Part shown: positions 10,270 through 17,201 of the stretch, in pieces | Numbering within the stretch: the stretch's first letter is position 1 | How the letters are laid out: each line of letters begins with the position of its first letter | Origin: Pseudomonadota bacterium | Lineage (GTDB): Bacteria; Verrucomicrobiota; Verrucomicrobiia; Chthoniobacterales; UBA6821 | Direction: 5' to 3' | Length of the DNA stretch: 40,591 bases | Assembly (NCBI GenBank): GCA_009928265.1 | Contig: RFPR01000001.1 | Span: forward strand, 1-40,591 | Translations under genes and position numbers: made by a program | Notes under the pieces: generated by a model | Databases searched by the model: none | What the model saw: only the letters and a program-made list of their open reading frames with translations | Told to the model about the DNA's origin: nothing

Positions 10270-11031
10270 ATGGACACCACCAATACATCTACCCAGTTCC
10301 GCGCCGGATTCTTTGTGATTCTCGGCCTCCTTTGCATCGGATCGCTTGTCATTTATTTCGGGCGCTTCGGTGAGAGCATGAAGAAATTCTACACTCTGAC
10401 CGTCGAATATCGGAATGCCAGCGGCCTTCTGAAGGGAGGAGACGTCACGCTCTCGGGAGCCAGAATCGGTGAGGTTGCCGAGCCGCCGAAGGTGCTTCCC
10501 AACATGCGCGGCGTTTCCGTCCTCCTGAAAATTAACGAGAATGTCCAGATCCCTCAGGGAAGCGTCTTCTCCATCGGCAGCTCAGGATTGCTCGGTGATC
10601 GCTTTGTTACTGTGACCATGAAGGACAATGACGAGCACCCCGTGCCGATCGCGCCTGGATCGGTCATCACCAACGGGCAGAGCGAGTCGAGCATTGCGGA
10701 ACTTCAGCGCCAGATCCACGACGAGATTTTTCCGAAACTGGATTCGGCCCTTAGCAACATCGACGCTGTGACGGTATCTCTACGAAACAGTGTCTTCAAC
10801 GAGCAGGGGGTTCGCAATCTTCAGATGACACTCTCTAACTTTGCCACCGCTTCTGCCGACTTTAAGGGAGTGGCTACCCAGGCCGATCAGTTCCTTAAGA
10901 ACGGTAACGATGCCATGGGATCGGTAAAGGGGGCCGCGGGTGACCTCAAGGCCTTCATCGCGAACCTTCGCCAGCATGGCATCCTGTTCTACCGGGACTC
11001 GGCCCCGCCCTCATCGACGAAAAAGCCATGA
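10270..11031 (+). CDS. MlaD/MCE-domain substrate-binding protein
   Basis: N-terminal TM anchor and MCE-like core (GLLKGGDVTLSGARIGEV). Follows mlaEF. Confidence 0.7.
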   Translation: MDTTNTSTQFRAGFFVILGLLCIGSLVIYFGRFGESMKKFYTLTVEYRNASGLLKGGDVTLSGARIGEVAEPPKVLPNMRGVSVLLKINENVQIPQGSVFSIGSSGLLGDRFVTVTMKDNDEHPVPIAPGSVITNGQSESSIAELQRQIHDEIFPKLDSALSNIDAVTVSLRNSVFNEQGVRNLQMTLSNFATASADFKGVATQADQFLKNGNDAMGSVKGAAGDLKAFIANLRQHGILFYRDSAPPSSTKKP

Positions 11032-11903
11032 GCCCTGATCCCGTGGCACCGACACTCGTCGTCCTCGCCGCTGGGATGGGAAGCCGCTACGGCGGGCTCA
11101 AGCAACTCGATCCTGTCGGTCCCCGGGGCGAAATCATTCTCGATTATAGCGTGCGTGACGCGCTTGCCGCTGGTTTCGGCAAAGTGGTCTTCGTGATCCG
11201 CCGTGAGATGGCGGAGCTTTTTCGGGAGTCGGTGGGTGCCCGCTACGAGGGAACCGTCGAGGTGGCCTATGCCTTTCAGGAACTGGAACCATTGCCGGGT
11301 GGTCGGGTATCCCCTCCTGGTCGCACCAAGCCTTGGGGCACTGGGCAAGCTGTCTTATCGGCAGCCTCCGTTGTCAGAGAGGCCTTTGCCGTGATTAATG
11401 CCGACGATTACTACGGACCATCCGGCTTCCAGGAGCTTTCGGGTTTCCTTTCCGGTAAGAGGGAGGGGCACTATGCCATGGTCGGGTACCGACTCGATCG
11501 CACGCTTTCGGAGAACGGCACGGTCTCCAGAGGAATCTGCTCCGTCGACGGAGAGGGGAGGCTTCTTGAGATCACGGAGCGAACATCGATTGCCCGGAGA
11601 GCAGATCGAGTGATCCAGGCCGAGGGAAATCCTCCTCTTGCGTTGACGGGAGAGGAACCCGTCTCGATGAATTTCTGGGGCTTCACTCCCGATCTCTTTG
11701 CAAAGTTGGAGCGCCTTTTCGAGGAATTCCTAGAGGAGAGGGGAGAAGATCCGAAAGCCGAATTCTATCTTCCCGCAGCCGTCAGTTCTCTGATCGCCGC
11801 AGGGGAGGTGATGGTAACCATGCTTAAGACACCCGATGTCTGGTATGGCCTCACTTATCCCGAGGATAAGCCAGCAGTGGTTGAGGCACTTGCCTCGCTT
11901 TGA
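11028..11903 (+). CDS. sugar-phosphate nucleotidyltransferase family protein
   Basis: N-terminal LAAGMGSRYGG-LKQL nucleotide-binding loop and KPWGTGQAV...INADDYYG motifs typical of NTP-transferase folds. Confidence 0.55.
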   Translation: MSPDPVAPTLVVLAAGMGSRYGGLKQLDPVGPRGEIILDYSVRDALAAGFGKVVFVIRREMAELFRESVGARYEGTVEVAYAFQELEPLPGGRVSPPGRTKPWGTGQAVLSAASVVREAFAVINADDYYGPSGFQELSGFLSGKREGHYAMVGYRLDRTLSENGTVSRGICSVDGEGRLLEITERTSIARRADRVIQAEGNPPLALTGEEPVSMNFWGFTPDLFAKLERLFEEFLEERGEDPKAEFYLPAAVSSLIAAGEVMVTMLKTPDVWYGLTYPEDKPAVVEALASL

Positions 11904-11910
11904 TTGGAAC

Positions 11911-12291
11911 CTACTTTTCGGTCGGTTCCCCAGCGGCTTTCCATCCGGCAATGCCTAGCTTGAAGTGTTGGACATTCGTGTAGCCTAGCTTTGAAGCAGC
12001 TTCCGCGCCACGGGCGTAGGCACCACAGTGCTCATTACCGCAGTAGGCCACGATGAGTGAGGATTTGTCATCAGGTAGCACGGTGGCGAGATTAGCAGCG
12101 TGGGCCGTGAAGTCGATAGCGCCGGGAATATGACCGTTCGCGTAAGAGATGGGACCGTTTACATCCAGCAGGGTAACTTTCTTCGCGGCGATGGCGGCCT
12201 TTAGATCAGGAAGGGTAATGTCGGGGAAGGAACCGGCAAAGGCGCCAATAGCTAGGAGCGGAAGGATCAGGAGAGGGAGGAACTTCTTCAT
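11911..12291 (-). CDS. secreted rhodanese-domain sulfurtransferase
   Basis: Signal peptide MKKFLPLLILPLLAIGAFA. Rhodanese core with active-site loop YCGNEHCGAYAR. ATG at 12291 chosen over the upstream ATG at 12312. Confidence 0.65.
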   Translation of the reverse strand: MKKFLPLLILPLLAIGAFAGSFPDITLPDLKAAIAAKKVTLLDVNGPISYANGHIPGAIDFTAHAANLATVLPDDKSSLIVAYCGNEHCGAYARGAEAASKLGYTNVQHFKLGIAGWKAAGEPTEK

Positions 12292-12409
12292 GATTGGTAA
12301 AATAGCGCACAATGGGCTGATGCGCCACTATCAGTAAAAAGTTTTTTGGGTGATCAAGAACGCCTTGGCAGGATGTCCTGATCAGGGCATAGTCATTGGC
12401 TAAGCGCAC

Positions 12410-12494
12410 GCCGGCGTGGCGGAATTGGCAGACGCGCCGGACTCAAAATCCGGTGAGGCAACTCGTGTCGGTTCGAACCCGACCGCCGGTACCA
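12410..12494 (+). tRNA. tRNA-Leu (anticodon CAA), long variable arm, encoded CCA
   Basis: Cloverleaf read by eye. Acceptor GCCGGCG/CGCCGGT, anticodon stem CCGGA/TCCGG with loop CTCAAAA, variable arm GAG-gcaa-CTC, T arm GTCGG-TTCGAAC-CCGAC, 3' ACCA. Confidence 0.9.
12439..12492 (+). repeat. attL: tRNA 3' portion repeated at the far island end (16-nt plus 28-nt identical blocks)
   Basis: GGACTCAAAATCCGGT (12439-12454) and GTGTCGGTTCGAACCCGACCGCCGGTAC (12465-12492) recur exactly at 31055-31070 and 31084-31111. Confidence 0.85.
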
Positions 12495-12523
12495 CCCCTT
12501 AAATACAGGGTGTAGAAGCAATC

Positions 12524-12560
12524 AGCCCCTCTCAGAAATGGGAGGGGCTTTTTCGTTTTT
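12524..12560 (+). terminator. rho-independent terminator after tRNA-Leu
   Basis: AGCCCCTC-tcagaaatgg-GAGGGGCT followed by TTTTTCGTTTTT. Confidence 0.65.
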
Positions 12561-12654
12561 AACCGAAAAAAAGTTACGCAAATTTACGCACCCTCCCCGC
12601 AGGCATTGATGGAGGGGAGCTTGGATGGAGGGTAGAGACCCACTCAAACCGTAA

Positions 12655-12729
12655 GGGCAATCCGGGCAAGGCAGAGAGTTCCTATTACTTTCCCGTTAAA
12701 GGCGTCGGCTTTCGCCTAGCCCCTCACGG
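12655..12729 (+). promoter_or_regulatory. conserved ~70-nt upstream element, copy 1 (upstream of 12747 gene)
   Basis: GGGCAATCCGGGCAA...CCCGTTAAAGGCGTCGGCTTTCGCCTAGCCCCTCACGG aligns with 13647-13715. Confidence 0.6.
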
Positions 12730-12746
12730 ACAGGATTTAGTCGTGT

Positions 12747-13127
12747 ATGCCTACCTACAACAAAGCAAAACGAACCAAAGCTAACACCAGCAAGTGGATC
12801 TTCGATCCCTTCCATGCCCAGATCCCATCGGCTCTCACAGAGGATGAGGCTTCTCCTTGCTCTGGATACCTCGAATTCGACACCAAGGAAGAAATCGACG
12901 CCTTCCTAGCCACTCTCCTCCCCGAGTGGACACACCCAGAGACCGGAGAAGAGTACAGCAATGCTTACTGTGCTCCTCTCATGGGATTTGGTCCCCGCCT
13001 GAAGCCAACTCCTGCAGAAGAAAGAGCACTCGCCCGAGCCATCAAGGATTTCAATCTCGAGGATTCCTTCCTTCTCAAACCAGGTGAAAATCTCATCGGC
13101 AAATACCTCAAAATGGCTTCTGCCTAA
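12747..13127 (+). CDS. hypothetical protein (126 aa, mildly acidic)
   Basis: Clean ATG ORF with no larger competing ORF. No motif recognised. Confidence 0.6.
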   Translation: MPTYNKAKRTKANTSKWIFDPFHAQIPSALTEDEASPCSGYLEFDTKEEIDAFLATLLPEWTHPETGEEYSNAYCAPLMGFGPRLKPTPAEERALARAIKDFNLEDSFLLKPGENLIGKYLKMASA

Positions 13128-13138
13128 CCCCTACGGAA

Positions 13139-13252
13139 ATGAGTAACGACAGGAAGAACCCTAACTATCTGGCAGAACAAGCAGCCCTAACGATTGGAAT
13201 TATCGCAGGGCTTGGAACTAGCTGGGCAGTCTTAACATACATCTTTGGATGA
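13139..13252 (+). CDS. possible 37-aa single-TM peptide (below the ORF-track cutoff)
   Basis: Hand translation gives MSNDRKNPNYLAEQAALTIGIIAGLGTSWAVLTYIFG-stop: a polar N-terminus then about 20 hydrophobic residues. Fills the gap between two genes. Confidence 0.3.
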   Translation: MSNDRKNPNYLAEQAALTIGIIAGLGTSWAVLTYIFG

Positions 13253-13265
13253 TCCTTACCCTACC

Positions 13266-13586
13266 ATGAACAACGAAATCACCGACAAATGCCCCCACTG
13301 CGGTGCTGAAAAGAAATTCAGTGCAACCTTTGACCACTACGGCGTGGATTATGAGTTTTATTGCGAAACACAGGTATATGACGACGGCACTATAGCACCA
13401 TCTAGTTGGTGCGAAGAGCGGGGGGAACACAACAAAACCAAAACAGAGAATGCCAAGCTCAGAAAGCTGCTAGAGGTTGCGATTGAGGTGGCTGAGGACG
13501 CTTTAGAAGAGCGTGACCTTAAACGCCGCATAGCAGATGAAATCGGTTCGCTTAAAGCAGAACTAAATCGGCTCCCAAAAAGCTAA
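13266..13586 (+). CDS. hypothetical zinc-ribbon plus coiled-coil protein
   Basis: CPHCG ... C ... C cysteine pattern, then a helical Lys/Glu-rich tail. The ORF track opens at a TTG at 13245; ATG 13266 is preferred. Confidence 0.6.
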   Translation: MNNEITDKCPHCGAEKKFSATFDHYGVDYEFYCETQVYDDGTIAPSSWCEERGEHNKTKTENAKLRKLLEVAIEVAEDALEERDLKRRIADEIGSLKAELNRLPKS

Positions 13587-13614
13587 AAAGATACAAACCT
13601 AGCAACCTTAGAAG

Positions 13615-13640
13615 CCCTCCCTTAACCGGGAGGGTTTCTT
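13615..13640 (+). terminator. candidate terminator
   Basis: CCCTCCC-ttaacc-GGGAGGG followed by TTTCTT. Confidence 0.45.
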
Positions 13641-13646
13641 GCTGCA

Positions 13647-13715
13647 GGGGCAACCGGGCAACAAACTCAGTTCTTACCCGTTAAAGGCTTTTGGCTTTCG
13701 CCAAGCCCCCCACGG
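13647..13715 (+). promoter_or_regulatory. conserved ~70-nt upstream element, copy 2 (upstream of 13782 gene)
   Basis: GGGGCAACCGGGCAAC...CCCGTTAAAGGCTTTTGGCTTTCGCCAAGCCCCCCACGG aligns with 12655-12729. Confidence 0.6.
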
Positions 13716-13781
13716 CTCAGGTGGGTGGATTTGAACTTTCCGAGGTAAACCCGAGGAAACAACCAACAAATACACACCACC

Positions 13782-14168
13782 ATGCCTACTACCTCCTCCT
13801 CCGGTCTCAACTACAAGCTCACCGTCGTCTCCGTTAAGGAGGGCAAGAGCGAGAATGGTCCTTTCCTCAACATCCGTGCCACCACCCCTCTGAAGAAGAA
13901 GGACACCGAGATCACGGCGATGCTCTTCCTCAACCGGGGAAAGAAGGACGCTGAGAAGGCTCCCACCGCAGCCAGCCAGAAGGCTTTCGACGCCTTCTCA
14001 GGTGCCAAGGTAGGCGATGTCATCCAAGCCTACGGCGAGATTCGCCCAGTCTTGAACGAGACCACAGGCAAGGAGAGTGCCTACTTCGTCGTCCGCTCCC
14101 TCACCACTCCCCTCCCAAAGAGGGCTCCCAAGGCTAAGGCGGAACCTGCAGAGATGGCAGCCGCTTAA
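13782..14168 (+). CDS. hypothetical protein (128 aa); beta-rich core with a basic Lys/Ala/Pro tail, possibly an OB-like nucleic-acid binder
   Basis: Alternating beta-strand-like segments (KLTVVSVKEG, FLNIRATT, ITAMLFL, VIQAYGEIRP, YFVVRSL) and tail PKRAPKAKAEPAEMAAA. The fold assignment is a guess. Confidence 0.55.
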   Translation: MPTTSSSGLNYKLTVVSVKEGKSENGPFLNIRATTPLKKKDTEITAMLFLNRGKKDAEKAPTAASQKAFDAFSGAKVGDVIQAYGEIRPVLNETTGKESAYFVVRSLTTPLPKRAPKAKAEPAEMAAA

Positions 14169-14190
14169 ATTTCAGTAGGCAAACAGAGAA

Positions 14191-14228
14191 CCCCCACCCC
14201 CTAAAAAGGGTGGGGGTTTTTCTCTTTT
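14191..14228 (+). terminator. rho-independent terminator
   Basis: CCCCCACCC-cctaaaaa-GGGTGGGGG followed by TTTTTCTCTTTT. Confidence 0.75.
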
Positions 14229-14263
14229 AATTCGGTCATCTCATACTGCAGAAACATCTAAAA

Positions 14264-14277
14264 TTATCTGCAGATAA
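14264..14277. repeat. perfect 14-bp palindrome TTATCTGCAGATAA (left of ankyrin cassette)
   Basis: Exact palindrome. An identical copy lies at 14680-14693, and both are preceded by A. Confidence 0.9.
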
Positions 14278-14319
14278 AGTCTACTTGAATTCGCTAACCA
14301 AATATCCCATATAATTAAG

Positions 14320-14676
14320 ATGAAAAGCTACTGGGATGAACGACTTATCAACGAGACTATAAAAGGAAAATTAGAAAGTGTTAAAGCATGCATTCAAAGG
14401 GGGGCTAATATTAACGCTCAAAATGATGCAGGAAACACTGCACTCCACTACACTGCACGATTCGGGCGTTTAAACATATGTAAGCTTCTCCTAGAAAAGG
14501 GGGCAGATGTTCATATTAAAAATATGAAAGGAGACACCCCATATGATATGGCAGAACAGGGATTAGTGGTGCCGATCCACATGGACATTCTGAAAATAGC
14601 TAATCTTCTCAAAGCTCACATTAAGAATAATATCTCAAAGAAGATTAGGGATAAACTTAACGATATCGAGATTTAA
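14320..14676 (+). CDS. ankyrin-repeat protein (118 aa, about 2-3 repeats)
   Basis: Canonical ANK signature NAGNTALHYTARFGRLNICKLLLEKGADVHIKNMKGDTPYDMA. Strongly AT-rich relative to neighbours. Confidence 0.8.
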   Translation: MKSYWDERLINETIKGKLESVKACIQRGANINAQNDAGNTALHYTARFGRLNICKLLLEKGADVHIKNMKGDTPYDMAEQGLVVPIHMDILKIANLLKAHIKNNISKKIRDKLNDIEI

Positions 14677-14679
14677 GGA

Positions 14680-14693
14680 TTATCTGCAGATAA
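14680..14693. repeat. perfect 14-bp palindrome TTATCTGCAGATAA (right of ankyrin cassette)
   Basis: Starts 4 nt after the ankyrin stop codon. Identical to 14264-14277. Confidence 0.9.
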
Positions 14694-14808
14694 GCCTCCA
14701 AAAAAAGGAGTGCCGGGGGACATGGATTCTGGGGCTAGCAAGCCAGCCACCGCGTCCTTCGACCCCGACACCCCAATAATTTTCGTGTGGAGCAATGAGA
14801 AAGTCAAG

Positions 14809-14891
14809 TTTTGCCTCCGTGCAGGCAAAACCCTGCCGGGCAACTTGGTGCCTCGGCAGACTCCCTCCGGCGGAATGAGGTGACAACCTCC
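14809..14891 (+). repeat. ~85-nt multi-hairpin element, copy C
   Basis: TTTTGCC-TCCGTGCA-GGCAAAA, then CTGCCG...CGGCAG, then CTCCGGCGGAATGAGG-tgacaa-CCTC. Aligns with 20628-20713 and 28679-28761. Confidence 0.7.
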
Positions 14892-14923
14892 TAAGCACCC
14901 CCATTGTCGATGGGGGTGCTCCC

Positions 14924-16480
14924 TTATATGTTCCCTGGTCGGGTCGGATCCTTCGACTTCGGTAGGGTCATCTCCACTTCCTTCGCTAGCTCTTTGGCTT
15001 TGGATTTCATCCCCGGCACAAGCTGCAGGGCATTTGCGAAATGATGACCCATCCCAGAAATGAGGCTCTTGAAGGAAGCCTTCAGATCCTTCAGGGCTTT
15101 CTCGGCTTTCTCCCTAAGGGTTTTCTCCTTTGCCAGCTCTGCCTCGGCAGATTCCTTCGCCTTCACGGCATCCTCGATCTTTGAAACGGCAGACTTGTTG
15201 ATCTGCTGCAGCTCCTCCTTGCTTTTGAGCAAATACTCTAGGTCGTCAGCTTGCTTATCAATTACAGCATCCTTCTCAGTAATCTGGACATCTTTTACCT
15301 CTATTTTCTCCTCCAAGGTCGCAACCAGGGTCTTCAACCCTTCCAGCTCGTTCGCTAGCTCTTTCTCTCGCTCGCTCTTCTCTCTGACCAGATCTTCGGC
15401 TTGCTCCAACTTCTCTGCTAGGGAAGATTTCGCATCCTCAACCACCTGCTCGGCACTCTTCTTCAGCCCCAGAAGCCTAGATTCGTACCCTCGCTTCAAC
15501 CAAGCCACATAGTCGGTCCGGGCTCGACTGGCATCGATAGGAGCTACCGCTGCCAGTTTGGAGTTCATAAAATCATCCAAGGCTCGATGTAACCGGACAT
15601 CTCGGAGCCCGTCCTTAGGGTGCCTCAGCTCCTCTTTCTCCTTGTTCCACTCCACCACCTTCACAACCTCGGCACACAACTCCTGAATTTTGCTCTTATC
15701 CCAGCCAGCGTCAGCCAAGGCCTCCATATGACGGATCCAGGCAATAGTGCCCGAGCCCACCCCATAGTTCCTAAAGGGTACCCTCTCCCGGGCATACCTC
15801 GGCTCCTTCTGCTTGGAAATGTTCTCGTCGGTAATCGTTATCCCGCAGTGCCAAAGGTCATCATGTGCTTGGCCTGCGTCATTATGCTCGCCAACAAACA
15901 GGACTTTTCGCCCATAAATTTCCTCGAATAACTCTATTTTCAGGGCTCGGGCTTCAGCCATAATCTGCTCAACCTCCCCCTTTCGCCCACTGGCGAGCAT
16001 ATACTGCAAAGCACGAGAATGATCGGGTCTTAGGTCAATCGTCTCTCGCTTGATGTCGCTCGCAGGGTACCTGCCTATCTCCTTGCCCTCGGCATCTAAT
16101 ACCCTCTCTCTCAACTTCTCCGTTTTCCAATACTTTCGCTTCTCATTCGGGGGGGAGTGGTAGTGGTCATAAAACTTCATCGACTCCGTCAACTCCCTCT
16201 CCCATCCCTGACCCTCAACCAGCTCAAGTGATCCACCCCCCAAGGTCGTCTGGACCCTCCGGTAATTCCTCCCAGCAGGTAATCCATTCTCCCCTAAACT
16301 CGACTGCAGAAACGAAGACTTAAACGGTGCATACTTCCCATCTGCTAACTCGTGATACACCCACCTACCCTTCTCTTTTTTATCCTGCAACAACTTAAAC
16401 ATCTTAACATCATCCCGATGTTTTTCGGAATTAGCGTTGCCGTGGGCTATCGATTGATAAGTGGCTCTGCCTCTCTTCAT
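14924..16480 (-). CDS. putative diverged Mob/Pre (MobV-like) relaxase with a long C-terminal coiled coil
   Basis: 518 aa. N-terminal ...SEKHRDD... and FVGEHNDAGQAHDDLWH loosely resemble MobV motifs HxxR and HxDE..PHxH. The C-terminal ~180 aa are Glu/Lys-rich heptad-like. The function call is weak; the ORF itself is solid. Confidence 0.4.
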   Translation of the reverse strand: MKRGRATYQSIAHGNANSEKHRDDVKMFKLLQDKKEKGRWVYHELADGKYAPFKSSFLQSSLGENGLPAGRNYRRVQTTLGGGSLELVEGQGWERELTESMKFYDHYHSPPNEKRKYWKTEKLRERVLDAEGKEIGRYPASDIKRETIDLRPDHSRALQYMLASGRKGEVEQIMAEARALKIELFEEIYGRKVLFVGEHNDAGQAHDDLWHCGITITDENISKQKEPRYARERVPFRNYGVGSGTIAWIRHMEALADAGWDKSKIQELCAEVVKVVEWNKEKEELRHPKDGLRDVRLHRALDDFMNSKLAAVAPIDASRARTDYVAWLKRGYESRLLGLKKSAEQVVEDAKSSLAEKLEQAEDLVREKSEREKELANELEGLKTLVATLEEKIEVKDVQITEKDAVIDKQADDLEYLLKSKEELQQINKSAVSKIEDAVKAKESAEAELAKEKTLREKAEKALKDLKASFKSLISGMGHHFANALQLVPGMKSKAKELAKEVEMTLPKSKDPTRPGNI

Positions 16481-16634
16481 ACTAATTTTGTGGTACCTTA
16501 TACCCCTAAAGTCAAGGGTTTTCGATCTTTAAAAGATCTCTTTTTCTACCAGTTTGTTTTAACTAACCTCTTTGTAGTAGTTTCAAGTGCAATGGCCGCC
16601 AAAATTCCTACGTCATTTTATCGGCCAATTGCAC

Positions 16635-16848
16635 GGGAAAGTTGCACTTTCCCCCGCCCGTCGGCGGTTCCCCCTGGGGGGAGTTCCTCCCCCGAATTCC
16701 AAAGCGAATTCCCCCCTGATTTTTAAGGGTGGGAAGCCCCTTAAAAAGTAGGCTTTTACAGAGTAAAAGCGGACATCTTGCCCCCAGTGCTGGGCAAGAA
16801 AGAAGCAGCCCGGGGGGCGTCTCCATGGGTCCCCAAATCCCCCATGGA
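16635..16848. other. cluster of seven perfect 6-9-bp stem-loops (candidate oriT / single-strand origin / structured RNA)
   Basis: Hairpins at 16635-16653, 16677-16693, 16694-16711, 16721-16746, 16752-16770, 16776-16799 and 16822-16848. Confidence 0.6.
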
Positions 16849-16890
16849 AGCCCTAAAAAGTCTCCCAGAAGCGACCTACTAGCTCCCTAG

Positions 16891-17159
16891 TGTCTCCTTT
16901 TAGCTACCTAAAGTGTCTCCTTCTGGATCCTTTCTACTCCCTCGAAAACACCCTACTTACTACCTAGTTAATACCTGTTGTATCTTACTTACTACCTACT
17001 TACTACCTATCTAATACCTACTGGATCCTAAAATCCGATATTGTATCTATCTTTCTACCTACTGTCTCCTTTTGTATCCTTTTTGATCTATTTTTCTCTC
17101 ATGGCTCCTATTGTCTCTAATTTTCTCTAATCTTCCTATAATAGATACGAATTGTATCT
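16891..17159. repeat. G-poor iteron-like array of short direct repeats
   Basis: TGTCTCCTT x3 (16891, 16914, 17063). CTTACTACCTA x3 (16956, 16988, 16999) plus variants. TTGTATCT x3 plus a variant (16978, 17041, 17152; 17072). TAATACCT x2. CTGGATCCT x2. Confidence 0.7.
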
Positions 17160-17165
17160 TTTTAC

Positions 17166-17194
17166 TTGACATGAGTTATTCCACTAACCATAAT
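17166..17194 (+). promoter_or_regulatory. sigma70-like promoter, TTGACA-17 nt-CATAAT, 7 nt before the ATG
   Basis: TTGACA at 17166-17171 and CATAAT at 17189-17194. ATG at 17202 implies a leaderless or near-leaderless mRNA. Confidence 0.5.
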
Positions 17195-17201
17195 AAAACT
17201 T

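Noticed and set aside
12574-12591. Direct repeat TTACGCA-aat-TTACGCA near attL as integrase arm sites
   Set aside because: I found no matching copies near attR or the integrase gene, so the assignment would be pure guesswork.
14680-14904. 74-aa minus-strand ORF
   Set aside because: It covers repeat copy C and the palindrome. Its conservation pattern (compensatory stem changes among the copies) fits structure rather than coding.
16352-16826. 124-aa plus and 72-aa minus ORFs upstream of the Mob-like gene
   Set aside because: Their sequences are low-complexity Pro/Gly/Ser readings of the hairpin cluster. The plus ORF also overlaps the 5' end of the 14924-16480 gene.
16891-17159. Possible CRISPR array
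   Set aside because: The repeats are only 8-11 nt, belong to several interleaved families and have irregular or zero spacing. No cas genes are present. They fit iterons or binding sites instead.
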